Origin: Lingula anatina | Taxonomy: Eukaryota; Animalia; Brachiopoda | Direction: 5' to 3' | Length of the DNA stretch: 64,000 bases | NCBI GenBank assembly: GCA_051362555.1 | Contig: CM120645.1 | Location: forward strand, 13,516,001 to 13,580,000 | Shown: in pieces, positions 13,154 through 26,700 of the stretch | Numbering within the stretch: the first letter of the stretch is position 1 | Layout: every line of letters starts with the position of its first letter | The notes under the pieces: model-generated | What the model was told of the DNA's origin: nothing | The model's input: the letters and a program-made list of their open reading frames with translations, nothing else | Databases searched by the model: none | Position numbers and translations under genes: made by a program

Positions 13154-14315
13154 CTAATCAGCTTTGACTTTCTTAATCGTGATTAAGTGTGTAACATTTG
13201 ACAACCGCCACATTCCATCCTCTTCTTGGGAAATGCCATACTTGCTGCCCTCTCTCTGGACGAAGTCCATGCAAAATGACAACACACTATGGTCAAATTT
13301 GGACGCGGCATCTGCCCAACCATGGAAGTAGGTTGATAGGACCAATGCTCCGATCTCTGCCAGCGATGGTACCAAGAAATCACTCCTCGCCTCCTCGTGC
13401 CTTATCGAAGCTTTAAAGGTTGGAAATGATTCGTTCAGAATATGAGCAATTTCCCCTTGAAGCAGTAAAGAACTTCTAGCATCCGCTACCTTCGTTAGGT
13501 TAATGGCTTCATTAGGAAAACAAATCTTAAAACAGTGCACGGAGGTGTTTGTAATGAAAGCGTTTTTCCCGTTATCCATCTCTATTAATATCATACCTCC
13601 GGGCTTGAGGATGGAATACAGGGCAAATACAGCTCGCCTGATGTCTTCATTCGGATTAGCGGAATGATCAAACCACTTTGTGAGATGATAGATAGAATGT
13701 ATAGCAAGTACCCTGTCCTGTAGTTCTTTAGGATACGCGCCAATGGACATCAGATCTTTCACAGACTTCCCGAAGTAATCCTGGAACCGTCCAGAGTACG
13801 CCACATCCAGAGTAGCATTATCCAAGTTCTCAATGCATTTCTTGTATTTCTGCAGGGACTCTTCATTGGGTTCTTCCACGCTGACAATGGCATCCTTGTT
13901 GAGGTCTCTAAGCCTTTTACAAATGGCTGACATGGGGGTTCCTGTACCTCCCCCAAAATCCATTAGTCGGACCGGTGAAGAAAGTTCTGTAAGCTTTAGA
14001 CTGTTCATCCGAATGGTTTCGATGTTGTGTGAATCTCTTTTCCTGCTTTCTTCAACTCTGAGAAAAAAAGGCAATTGAGTTGAAATGCTTGCCGGATAAA
14101 AAGTTGTCCAAAATGAAAACGGAATTCTGAGCAAATGAACTTCTAGGTTACATGAATTGACTAATTTTAATTAAAATCATGCAGACTCACCCTTTGTTGA
14201 CGATATCTACACATTTGTGATAAGCTTCAGAGACTGTTAAGGTGCTGAACTCTTCTTCCAATCTAAACCGCATCTCCTTTTCTCCTAGCTCTCTCGCCTG
14301 GTATCTGGCTGCCAT
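13154..14315 (-). CDS. Class I SAM-dependent methyltransferase (histamine N-methyltransferase-like); join(14315..14191, 14057..13154)
   Basis: Exon 1 MAARYQARELGEKEMRFRLEEEF...VNK ends GG|GTGAG (phase 2) and matches acceptor CAG|A at 14057. Motifs: LMDFGGGTG (I), VSVEEPN (II), DRVLAIHSIYH, LKPGGMILI. Confidence 0.8.
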
Positions 14316-14661
14316 AGAAAATAATATGTATTTTGTAGGATAACACCTCAAAAACCAGCCTAGTGAAAGAATTTAAAATACTTGATGAAACTTAAGAATT
14401 AAAGCAACGTGAGATGCCCGTTTAGAAGCATAAGCTTATGGTTTAACCAAGCCAATACTTGATTATATAACACTGTCTTCTGTGACATATATTTTCTAAA
14501 GACCTTGTTTCATTAAATGTAGGCCTACATTTCCATGCGTATAAATGTTTTTTTACGTAATCTGCATTAGAAAACATTATATAACATGTTGTGCGGGTAA
14601 TGTAACATACTGTATAATGAGGGTTATGAGTTTTAAGATTCATAACAAGGGAGAGTACAGT

Positions 14662-17282
14662 CATCATCATCATCATCATCATCATTTAGAGCCTATAGTG
14701 TTCCACTGTTGGACAAAGGCCTCAGCATGCTTTTTCCATTGTTTCCTATCCTGAGCCTCATATTTCCAGTTTGGCCAAGGTTTCTTCTTCCAAGACTTCC
14801 AGTAGTCATCTAATTCATCCCTCCATCGTTTGACCGGCCTTCCTCTTTTTCTTTGTCCATACCTTGGGGTCCATTCTGTAAGCCTGATTGTCCACCTATT
14901 GTCCTTCATTCTTTTGACATGTCCTGCCCACCTCCATTTCATTTCTTTAACTGTGAGCAGTACGTCCTTAACTTTGGTCTGTTCACGTAACCATACATTC
15001 GTTTTCCGCTCTCTTGGATTGATGTTCAACATAATTCTTTCCATCTTTCTCTGAGCTACTTGAAGCTTGTGTTCCATGGAGGCATTCAGTGCCCAGGTCT
15101 CTGAACCATAGGTGATTGCCGGCAGCACACAAGCATTGAACACTTTCTTTTTCAGGCAGGTAGGAAGGTTGCTCTTGAAGATGTCATTGTGTTTCCCATA
15201 TGCTGCCCATCATGCTTTTATCCTTCGTTGGATTTCTTTCTCCAGTGTTCGATCACTAAGGCTGAACCGTTGCCCAAGGTATATATACTCTTCTACTGCT
15301 TCTATCTCTTTGGTGTTGACCTTCACTGTGCAAGGGGTGGTTAGTGGTCCAAACATCACCTTTGTCTTGCTGGTGTTCATCTTTAGCCCACTTTTTGCGC
15401 TTTCATCTGCTAACGCCTGTAGCATTTTTTCGAGGTCTTTTGCATCATCTGCTACTATTATGATGTCGTCTGCAAACCTAAGGTGATTGAGCCTGGTACC
15501 GTCTATGTTTATGCCCTTGTCCTGCCAGTCTAGATCCCTGAATATACGTTCCAATGCTGCTGTGAACAGTTTAGGAGAGATTGTATCTCCGTGGCGTACA
15601 CCTTTCTTGATCCTGATCTTATTGGTGGTCTTGTGTAGTTTGACTGTTACAGAGCTATCGGTGTATATGTCTCTGAGGACGTCTACGTATCCATCTTCGA
15701 TCCCTAGATCTTGCAGGGATGCCAGTATATACTGGGTTTCTACTGAGTCGAAGGCTTTTTCATAATCAAGAAATGCTACACATAGTGGAATGTTATACTC
15801 GAGACATTTCGCTTTGAGCTGGTTGACAGTCTGCATATGATCAGTAGTGGTGTACTGGCCTCTGAAACCTGCTTGTTCCTTTGGCTGCGCTTCATCTAGT
15901 TGTCTTGTTAGCCTTTCGTTCAATATCTTGGTGTAAATCTTGTACAAATTAGAAAGTAGGCAGATGGGTCTGTAATTCTTGATGTCTTTCCTATTGCCCT
16001 TTTTGAACATTATGATCATGTTGGCGTTCTTCCATGCTACAGGAATTTCCTTCAGATGTAAGCACTTTGTGAAGAGCCTGGCTTATTCCTGAGATAGGAT
16101 ATCTCCTCCTGCTTTTACCATTTCTGCTTTGATGTTGTCATTTCCTGCAGCCTTTCCGTACTTCATTTTCTTGACTGCTGACTGTACTTCCCAAGCTGTT
16201 ATGTCTGGTAGATCGCATGCCTTTGTTGAGATTTCTATTCCCTTGTTGCTGTCATACAACTCTCCATAGAATTCTTCTACTCGTTCTAATATCTGGTCTT
16301 GTGTGGTGAGCTCATTTTCATCTTTGTCTAGAAGAGTCAGCATTCTATCCTGCCCTAGTTGAAAGGATCTCTTTGCTCTTTTCATGCTCTTTCCATTTTC
16401 GATGATCTCTGCTATCTTCTTCATGTTCTGCTTCCTGATGTCTTCCCTTGCCTTCTTCTTGATGGTCTTATCCAGTTCTGCATATTCGATGTTGTTTCTG
16501 ATGTCCCTGTTGTTGTTTACCTCCGTTTTCTTCATCATCCGTCTTTTCTTCACGAGAATCCTCGTTTCTGTTGAGAGCTTTGAGTCCTTCATTTTACTGG
16601 CCGGTGCGACTTCTGATGCACATTCTAGGATGGTGGTCGTTATTCTATCGTTCATTTCATCTACTCCATCTTCACCTTCTAGCTCTAGTACACTGAATCT
16701 GTTCTTTAGGAGGATTTGGAACTCGTCTTTCTTTATGACCAGTTGCTCAATACTAGGTCTCTTTGATGGATTTGACAGGCATTTCTGTCTGTTCTTCCTG
16801 ACATTGATCCTAATCACTCCCATTACTGCTCTGTGGTCACTGCCCGCATCCAGTCTGTTTAGCACTTTCACATCCGTGAAGATGTTCGGTCTGTTTGTCA
16901 TGATGTAATCAATTTCGTTTCTTGTACATCCATCTGGGCTTTGCCATGTCCATCTTCTTGATATCTTCTTCTTGTAGACGGTATTCATGATCTTCATGTT
17001 ATTTGCTGTCGCCCATTCAATCAGTAAGTCTCCTCTATCATTCCTCTCTCCGCTGCCAAATTTCCCTGTGGCACGCTCTTGTTCGTCTGACTTTATCCCG
17101 ATCTTGGCGTTGAAATCACCCATGACTATGTGGTAGTGGCAGTCTGTTGTCAACTGACGTTGTACTTCTTCATAAAGTTGTTCTACTTCTTCATCTGGTC
17201 TGCTTGATGTTGGTGCATATACCTGAATGAGTTTCATTGAGAATCTCTGATTCACTTTGAGCTTGACTGTAGCCAGTAACGC
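14662..17282 (-). mobile_element. 5'-truncated RTE-clade non-LTR retrotransposon (APE endonuclease + reverse transcriptase), inactivated
   Basis: Three ORF pieces in one frame separated by two nonsense codons (at ~16083 and ~15210). APE motifs QVYAPTS, MGDFNAKIG, EIDYIM, SDHR; RT motifs YRPICLL, DYEKAFDSV, GVRHGD, LRFADD; RTE-type C-terminus (KWRWAGHV...RGRPVKRWRD). 3' tail (TGA)n at 14661-14685. Candidate 8-bp TSD AGTACAGT at 14654-14661 and 17283-17290. Confidence 0.92.
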
Positions 17283-17509
17283 AGTACAGTAACGCATTCA
17301 AATTACCACTACCAGTTTCTTACGCAAAACAAATAAAACCCACATGTCTAACAAAAGGTGCAACCTAACCTAATTTTGGAAAAATTATTCTAATGAAATT
17401 AGGTTTTGAATAGAAAATAATGTGGCAAATATTTACAATAAACGACCACCAGGAAAACAAATCCCAAAATGGCACAGAGTGTCTCACCACCAGAAGTCTC
17501 AAATTAGTC

Positions 17510-18005
17510 ACAAGGACTCTTCATGATGTTCTCCCCCGCTGACTATGGCATCTTTGTTGAGAGCGTGAGGCTTTTCACAAATGACTGACATGGGGGTTAC
17601 TGTACCTCCCCCAAAATCCATAATTCGGGCTGGTGAAGAAAGTTCTGTTGAATTCAACCTGTTCATAGGAAAAGTAGGGAGAACCTCTTTTCATGCCCTC
17701 TTCCACTCTGAAATGTTGGAGGATTAATAGGTTGAATGGCTAGTATAATAAAAAAAGATAAAAGGATAACCAAATACAATAAGGATTTATATTAACAAAT
17801 GGACTGTTATATTAATAGATGAATTGATTTAATTATTAATGTTGTATTATAGATGAACTGATGTAATTGTGTACATTCACCCTTTGTCAAGGATAATTAA
17901 ACACCTGTGATAAGCTTCAGAGACAGATAAGGAGCTAAAATCCCCTTCTAACCTACGCCGCATCTCCTGTTTATATTGTTCTTTTCTCTGGTAGCTGGCT
18001 GCCAT
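17510..18005 (-). pseudogene. Truncated, frameshifted paralog of the SAM methyltransferase
   Basis: Exon 1 at 18005..17881 (MAASYQRKEQYKQEMRRRLEGDFSSLSVSEAYH...) has the same phase-2 donor. Exon 2 from 17707 has an 8-nt deletion relative to the intact copy, then MDFGGGTVTPMS, and similarity ends at a stop near 17510. Confidence 0.85.
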
Positions 18006-21000
18006 CGGAAATGATTTATCTTGTAAATTTTCAAAAAAAGATGTCTCAAGACGAAGTGTGGACTTTTTGTTGAAATTGTTTCCGTGATTACAAGCTGAAT
18101 CCGACGAGTGCAGTGCTTAAGCAAAAGGGCAATGTCAGATGACCGCTAAAAGGTCTATTCTAAGGTCACCCCAGTCAATTTTGAAAACATATAAATCTCT
18201 CACCGTGACTGTCTGTTCCATTATTCTACTTTGTATAATATACATTTACATGTATTGCATGCCTAAAAAGTTTTATGGTACGTGATCTGCATTGTAATTT
18301 ATACAGTGAAGTATTTACATTACTTGAGATGGACATATATGTTTATAACCTCAATGTCCTCCAAAGCCTTAGACGTCTCAATTTACAATAAAATATCCCA
18401 AAAGGAATTCCATAACACAAAATTAGCCAGTTCTAAATTTTTACATGTTCTTGTGTGCTTTTTCTTCCTTTCCATAAATATACAGTTTCTTTACTATAAA
18501 AAGGTCTAAAGCTCGTTTTAACTGTAAACTGGAATTTATATTTGAAAAAGTAAGCTGGTCCGTTTTTATCGATTCATTTAAAGGGACAAAAAATAGGATT
18601 AAAAACGCCTTTTTAGTGCATGGATTGCTTCTTTTTTAACTTATCTGAGAACAATTGCTATGGGTAAAGCATAAAATGGCAGGTAAATGGCCTTAATCAA
18701 TATCGAAAAAAAGAATCATATTCACCGTCCACTTTCGAACCCCGGGCGTCAGCCATCTTGACACAGTTTGAAATAACGCGGCTTCTCGACTCAGATACGA
18801 GATGTAAACAATGCAGACAGCATGTCGTTTCGAAGGTGAGCGTGGACGTGAAGGAGAAGAGGAATTGCTCACCGAATCTTTGCAGGTAAGCGAGTTATAT
18901 TTACCAAAAGTACTTTAAAATGGGAAGATGGCAGTGGAAATCAAAATGTCTGGCAGAGGAAGTTAAAAAGCGTAGATAACTGCTAATAATTATCGTTTCC
19001 TCGGGTAACGCAGCCAAATCACTCGCACTGGGTACTGGGTACGTACTACTAGTTATATGAAGCGAGATAGTGCACTTTACCCCTGAGGTGTATAGTTCTG
19101 TAAAGCAGGAGGAATACCCTTTTCTGCTCAATGTGGTCATCTACCAGTACTTACAGACTAACCTCACACCATATTCTCGCAGGGGAATCCCATGAGATAT
19201 ACAATGTAACTCGAGTACTAGTGGGGTTAGAGGGTGTTCTTTGTACGGCACGTAACTACGTTAGCTTATTTGTAAATTTAATAATATTGTCAATGAATAT
19301 GATTATAAGGAATGATTTTTTAGCCTTTCAGAGGAGGAATTGGGTGATACACCCCTTCAAGCACGAGTGAAGAGATCAGGTATGTTAATAATTTTAGCAG
19401 TATAACATGGGCGGATCCAGGATTATTTGAAAGGGGGGGGGGGTCCGCGGATGCAAAGCCGACCCCCCCCCCCCCCCCCTAGTTGGCGTGGGGTCCTGGG
19501 CCTGCTTAAAACTTTGGTATTTTAGAGGGTGAACAGTGCCATTTGGTACGGTTTAGCACTTTACTGTAGTAAATTAGCTAGTCAAAATTCTAATTCCAAG
19601 TGGGGAATATTAGTGTGATTTTTTTACATCAGTTCTTTGAAACCATGTGTGATTATGTTATTTCTTCTTGTGGCCTTTATGATTTAATGCAGCTGCAGAT
19701 ATTTAAATTTAATTTTTTTTTTTTTTTGCCATAATCAGACTTGCTTCTTTATAATAAGCTGGTTATCATGTAGTGATCATGCCCTCTAATTTGTTGATTT
19801 TTGTTAAAGTAGATGCTGTTATGATAATATCAATACATTTTTTTCTTTATAACCATTTTATGTAATTTTACTATTACAGTGCCTCAAGTTATGTCTGGAA
19901 AACTCATACCAGGAAGCACTCCAATCTTACAATACTGCATCACTTCAATGTCGGTGTGACAAGTTGTGTAAAAGACTGCTACAAAAAATTTGCAGCGATG
20001 ACCACATGATCCACCACCTTTTACCAAAACCGAGTGAACAGTTTTATATTATAATGCCCATGTACATGTATTTAAAGTGACAAGACTGAGATCAGCGAGA
20101 GCCTCAAGGCCTTTATTTTCTGTGCATTGTCAACTCTTCAATAATTTTATAATTTTGTCAAATACATCCAAAGATTCAATTCTAATGCAATACTTGAAAA
20201 CTTTTTTAGAATATATTTTAATGTCGAACATGTTTTTCTAAGAACTAGCCCTTTAGTAAATTAACATGTACTATCCAACTGTTATTATTAATTAACATAC
20301 TGTTATGTACAAAGCATAAGCTGCAGTATCAATGAAGCATTAACTGGGTAGAGATTATGAATGAAATAAAAGTTTAAATATTGAAACATCTTTTATTTAT
20401 ATTTGGCAAAAATACAAGAATAAACAAAGTTTGCTACATAAGTTTGGAATTTGGCCAAATCATCTTTATTATTACCTGTCACATGTAATGAATAAGACAT
20501 ACACAGATTCTGTAAGCTAGAATGCATAATTATTTTCATACTCATTAATGCCATCTTCATAAATAATCCTTCTATTCAAGCATTCACAAACTTTCACAGT
20601 GTGCAGTACACATTATAGTATGATAACATTTTTGAGAGAGACTTATTAATAGCCAGGCTATCATGTTAAGAGTCTGATGTACATGCAGACCCATGAGGAT
20701 TGCAGATCAACAAATTATCCCCCTCTCTGTCAGTGTATTGACTCATGTGAGCTGTCTCCATGCAAAGGGATGTGTCATAAGAAAGGACCAACCCAACTTA
20801 CACAAACATAAATTGTTTCATCAGTAAGATATTCACACATACTTTCCCAAGATGTGCAGGGAATAAATAGAAAGGTATAAATATTTCTTTTAAAAATACA
20901 GGCATAGCTTCCCTGCATGAATTCTAAATAATGGCTGAGTGGAGAATTGAATACAGGCACAAGTGTTCACTCAAACCATTTTTGTAGGTCTTAAAAGAAA

Positions 21001-21324
21001 TGACATGCAGTCATTTGCCAAATACAGAATTTTATGCTGTAACAAAGTCACAAAACTGCAACTGGTGATCTTACAAAATCTAACAACACACTGGTTTAAA
21101 ATCAAGTTGAAATCACAATATGCCACCAGTACCATATTCCATAATACATTTGATGTCATTTAGATTTAAGAAGTAAATGCTGGACCAAAATGGTTTATTC
21201 TCAATATCAGGCATATGACTTAGGTTTGGGAGGAAAGACCACCTTGATTTCCAATCTGTCTGCATTATAGCATACATGTAAGTGCTAGATGGTTTGAAGT
21301 CAGCAGATTATGCTTTGTCACATT

Positions 21325-23460
21325 GGCAAGATGAGTTCACTGAATATATCCTGTAAGCAGCACTCGAAAGTCAGGAAAAGTCTCTCACTATCCAACTCGT
21401 CCCTGCTTTGGACCCTCAAGAAAAGTTCATCTTTTTTTGGTGGAGAGCCATGGAGTTCCTCTTCCATGTAAAAAAACTCTTCTTCAGGACATCATACTGG
21501 CAGTTGCTCATAACCTTTAGGTCTAAAAAAGCAAATCAAAATAATAATAATAATAATTTATTAAGATTGCAACCCAGTGGGTTGAAGTTGTACATAGTGT
21601 TAAGAAAATTATAATGAAAATAAAGTGAATATTTGCTTGAATAAAACTGAGTTAAAAGACTGCTAATTGAACTTTAAAATTATTGTACTTAGGATAAAAG
21701 ACAACATACAATGTAATACTATTGGAAATTTAAAAGTGCATACGGAATAAAAGAGCATCAGAATCTGTCGGTCTTAAATTGTGGCACTTTGTTACTATTG
21801 TTTGATCTTAAAAGACGATTGGATTGATCAATAAAGATGTGATTCAGTTTGTCAGAGGATTCAGTTATTTTGTAAAAGAAAGTTTTGCACAAATCTCTTC
21901 GTTTATCTAAAGTACACATATGCCAGGTTCAGGGTTTCATCATATTATAGGTCAGGGAAAATAATCTTCAAAGCACGAGTTTGGTCAGTCTCTTAGAGTT
22001 TGCATTGCTCTATAGTTAGTCCTGGATGCCACACAGGGCAGGCATATTCTAGAATTGAGTGCACAATACTTTGGTAAAGCTTAGCTCGTTTCAGTTGACG
22101 GAGGAAATAGAGTCTTGCATTATGCTTACATTATGTGTCGCCAATTTGGAAAAAAAATTGATAAAAGAGAAATCATGCACCTATATGCCTAATATATGAG
22201 GAGGGAATATCAACTTATTAAAATTCTGCTTACTCTAAAGACATGTTTTAGTCCCATGTTGGATCATCAGGATTCTTTAATTCCCTCTTCTTCAGCATCT
22301 TCCTCCTCTTCCATCTGCACTTCTTCCAGTTCAGGCATACCATAGGAAAAAGTTACCTTGATACTGCAACCAAAAAAAAAAAAAAAAAGCAACAGTACAT
22401 AAAATAAGATAATCGAGTTTGAGAAAATTATGTAAAAACATAACTGAAATAAGTATAAAACTCAACTGAAATAAGTATAAATGCCATTTTTCTCAATATG
22501 ATCACCTTAAATTATCTAGACTGTCATCTTCAACTGCACTAGTATTAACTACAACTTAATTTTGAAGTTTCTTGATCACTTCATATTGGTTTAATCTCCG
22601 AAATACTGGTTGGAAGTTAAAATTGTATGATCTAAATTATTACTCTGGACTATTTAATACATTAGAGAGATGTACCAAACATAAACATGCAATATCCCCT
22701 TTCTGATTTATTTATTTTTAATGTAAAAAGGAGACAAATTGTCTTTAAAATATAAAATCAAAATACTACTATTTATTTTCACTTATAGTTGACATGCCAT
22801 TTAACATTGGGTTAAACTTAGATACAATAACAGCTTCTGCACATTCATTTTGGGATATAGATGCCTAAAGAAATAGCATCTTTGTCATATGTCTTAATTA
22901 CTGTGGTATGCCTAGATGTTAGAGGCACAAGAAATGTGCCCTCGGTAAGTCAAAACTTCGCCCTGGTCATTGTAATGTATATGTAATGAGACTAGTATCT
23001 CCCACCATGTCCGTTTTTATTTAAACTTTCTTTGCTCTATAAACTAACCCAAACCCTGTCAGATTCGACATATGAGCAACACTTGCAATTTCTGTCATCG
23101 ATACCACTCATATTAGTTACAATTTCATGGCATATTTTGACAGACGAGCCTGACAATCGTTAAGATATACAACGAACACACGTAAATAAACATAAATCTC
23201 TGTGCTTAATAAATATTTTCACTGGTGTCTTATCTCAAAGATTATTGTAAATGGTACTCACAAATCCAGTAAATACTTCGCGGCCAGGCCATTCTTCGTA
23301 TCCATGGCCACCCAAGCAGGTTTTCATCTGCCTTCTTCCTCGCCGGTGTTTATTGTTTGCCTGTCGTACATTTGCTGATACACTGTTTTACGCATGTTTT
23401 TTGTAAAGGCTGTTTCTTTTTTCTTTTTGTTATCTGTCTTCGCTTCTTCGAAGGACTCCC
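21325..23460 (-). pseudogene. Decayed multi-exon Kolobok-type transposase N-terminal region (repeated at ~26526..28660)
   Basis: Exon ending 23262 (TT|GTGAG): RKTVYQQMYDRQTINTGEEEGR*KPAWVAMDTKNGLAAKYLLD. Acidic exon ~22365..22234 (EEVQMEEEEDAEEE.../PDDPTWD, frameshifted). Exon from ~21522 contains ELDSERLFLTFECCLQDIF. These resemble, from memory, the NIG..F.RW...A..LLD, DPT and KFIVFESCL..LF motifs of Kolobok transposases. Confidence 0.55.
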
Positions 23461-23538
23461 AGCATAACTGAGCCTCCTGTTTCACGTTGTCCTTTCCCGG
23501 CAGCTTGAACTGGTTTTAACTAGGTCGCAATACGAGAA

Positions 23539-23557
23539 TCTCGCGAGATCCGGAAGT
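23539..23557 (-). promoter_or_regulatory. TCTCGCGAGA palindrome plus CCGGAAGT (ETS) motif upstream of the transposase remnant (also 28739-28757)
   Basis: Exact matches to two common metazoan proximal-promoter motifs, adjacent to each other, between the TIR and the first transposase exon. Confidence 0.45.
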
Positions 23558-23776
23558 CTAGAGAGCTCAATTATGAAAATGGAGGTGGTTGTTGGTAAAC
23601 CTCCGCTTAAGCGGAGGTTTTCTTTTTATTGTATTTTCCAAAAATGTTACAGAGCGATGGCGAGTGCCGGGAATGATAGATTAAAGGTTGGTAAATCGCG
23701 GAAAAGTAGTGTTAACCTCGGGATAAATCAGGATAAATCAATTTTGGCGCGAAAATCCTCTTTTGTGTCCTTTTAA

Positions 23777-26700
23777 AGGGACAAAAAATAGGATTAAAAA
23801 CGCCTTTTTAGTGCATGGATTGCTTCTTTTTTAACTTATCTGAGAACAATTGCTATGGGTAAAGCATAAAATGGCAGGTAAATGGCCTTAATCAATATCG
23901 AAAAAAAGAATCATATTCACCGTCCACTTTCGAACCCCGGGCGTCAGCCATCTTGACACAGTTTGAAATAACGCGGCTTCTCGACTCAGATACGAGATGT
24001 AAACAATGCAGACAGCATGTCGTTTCGAAGGTGAGCGTGGACGTGAAGGAGAAGAGGAATTGCTCACCGAATCTTTGCAGGTAAGCGAGTTATATTTACC
24101 AAAAGTACTTTAAAATGGGAAGATGGCAGTGGAAATCAAAATGTCTGGCAGAGGAAGTTAAAAAGCGTAGATAACTGCTAATAATTATCGTTTCCTCGGG
24201 TAACGCAGCCAAATCACTCGCACTGGGTACTGGGTACGTACTACTAGTTATATGAAGCGAGATAGTGCACTTTACCCCTGAGGTGTATAGTTCTGTAAAG
24301 CAGGAGGAATACCCTTTTCTGCTCAATGTGGTCATCTACCAGTACTTACAGACTAACCTCACACCATATTCTCGCAGGGGAATCCCATGAGATATACAAT
24401 GTAACTCGAGTACTAGTGGGGTTAGAGGGTGTTCTTTGTACGGCACGTAACTACGTTAGCTTATTTGTAAATTTAATAATATTGTCAATGAATATGATTA
24501 TAAGGAATGATTTTTTAGCCTTTCAGAGGAGGAATTGGGTGATACACCCCTTCAAGCACGAGTGAAGAGATCAGGTATGTTAATAATTTTAGCAGTATAA
24601 CATGGGCGGATCCAGGATTATTTGAAAGGGGGGGGGGGGGGTCCGCGGATGCAAAGCCGACCCCCCCCCCCCCCCCCCCCTAGTTGGCGTGGGGTCCTGG
24701 GCCTGCTTAAAACTTTGGTATTTTAGAGGGTGAACAGTGCCATTTGGTACGGTTTAGCACTTTACTGTAGTAAATTAGCTAGTCAAAATTCTAATTCCAA
24801 GTGGGGAATATTAGTGTGATTTTTTTACATCAGTTCTTTGAAACCATGTGTGATTATGTTATTTCTTCTTGTGGCCTTTATGATTTAATGCAGCTGCAGA
24901 TATTTAAATTTAATTTTTTTTTTTTTTTGCCATAATCAGACTTGCTTCTTTATAATAAGCTGGTTATCATGTAGTGATCATGCCCTCTAATTTGTTGATT
25001 TTTGTTAAAGTAGATGCTGTTATGATAATATCAATACATTTTTTTCTTTATAACCATTTTATGTAATTTTACTATTACAGTGCCTCAAGTTATGTCTGGA
25101 AAACTCATACCAGGAAGCACTCCAATCTTACAATACTGCATCACTTCAATGTCGGTGTGACAAGTTGTGTAAAAGACTGCTACAAAAAATTTGCAGCGAT
25201 GACCACATGATCCACCACCTTTTACCAAAACCGAGTGAACAGTTTTATATTATAATGCCCATGTACATGTATTTAAAGTGACAAGACTGAGATCAGCGAG
25301 AGCCTCAAGGCCTTTATTTTCTGTGCATTGTCAACTCTTCAATAATTTTATAATTTTGTCAAATACATCCAAAGATTCAATTCTAATGCAATACTTGAAA
25401 ACTTTTTTAGAATATATTTTAATGTCGAACATGTTTTTCTAAGAACTAGCCCTTTAGTAAATTAACATGTACTATCCAACTGTTATTATTAATTAACATA
25501 CTGTTATGTACAAAGCATAAGCTGCAGTATCAATGAAGCATTAACTGGGTAGAGATTATGAATGAAATAAAAGTTTAAATATTGAAACATCTTTTATTTA
25601 TATTTGGCAAAAATACAAGAATAAACAAAGTTTGCTACATAAGTTTGGAATTTGGCCAAATCATCTTTATTATTACCTGTCACATGTAATGAATAAGACA
25701 TACACAGATTCTGTAAGCTAGAATGCATAATTATTTTCATACTCATTAATGCCATCTTCATAAATAATCCTTCTATTCAAGCATTCACAAACTTTCACAG
25801 TGTGCAGTACACATTATAGTATGATAACATTTTTGAGAGAGACTTATTAATAGCCAGGCTATCATGTTAAGAGTCTGATGTACATGCAGACCCATGAGGA
25901 TTGCAGATCAACAAATTATCCCCCTCTCTGTCAGTGTATTGACTCATGTGAGCTGTCTCCATGCAAAGGGATGTGTCATAAGAAAGGACCAACCCAACTT
26001 ACACAAACATAAATTGTTTCATCAGTAAGATATTCACACATACTTTCCCAAGATGTGCAGGGAATAAATAGAAAGGTATAAATATTTCTTTTAAAAATAC
26101 AGGCATAGCTTCCCTGCATGAATTCTAAATAATGGCTGAGTGGAGAATTGAATACAGGCACAAGTGTTCACTCAAACCATTTTTGTAGGTCTTAAAAGAA
26201 ATGACATGCAGTCATTTGCCAAATACAGAATTTTATGCTGTAACAAAGTCACAAAACTGCAACTGGTGATCTTACAAAATCTAACAACACACTGGTTTAA
26301 AATCAAGTTGAAATCACAATATGCCACCAGTACCATATTCCATAATACATTTGATGTCATTTAGATTTAAGAAGTAAATGCTGGACCAAAATGGTTTATT
26401 CTCAATATCAGGCATATGACTTAGGTTTGGGAGGAAAGACCACCTTGATTTCCAATCTGTCTGCATTATAGCATACATGTAAGTGCTAGATGGTTTGAAG
26501 TCAGCAGATTATGCTTTGTCACATTGGCAAGATGAGTTCACTGAATATATCCTGTAAGCAGCACTCGAAAGTCAGGAAAAGTCTCTCACTATCCAACTCG
26601 TCCCTGCTTTGGACCCTCAAGAAAAGTTCATCTTTTTTTGGTGGAGAGCCATGGAGTTCCTCTTCCATGTAAAAAAACTCTTCTTCAGGACATCATACTG

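Larger units (their letters stand above)
18582..23772. mobile_element. Kolobok-like DNA transposon, copy 1 (non-autonomous, decayed transposase)
   Basis: Flanked by TTAA (18578-18581; 23773-23776). Imperfect TIRs AGGGACAAAAAATAGGATT / AATCCTCTTTTGTGTCCTT (RR...YY termini). Minus-strand transposase remnants inside. Confidence 0.8.

Noticed and set aside
15112-16908. Plus-strand ORFs of 92-174 aa
   Set aside because: Antisense shadows of the RTE ORF.
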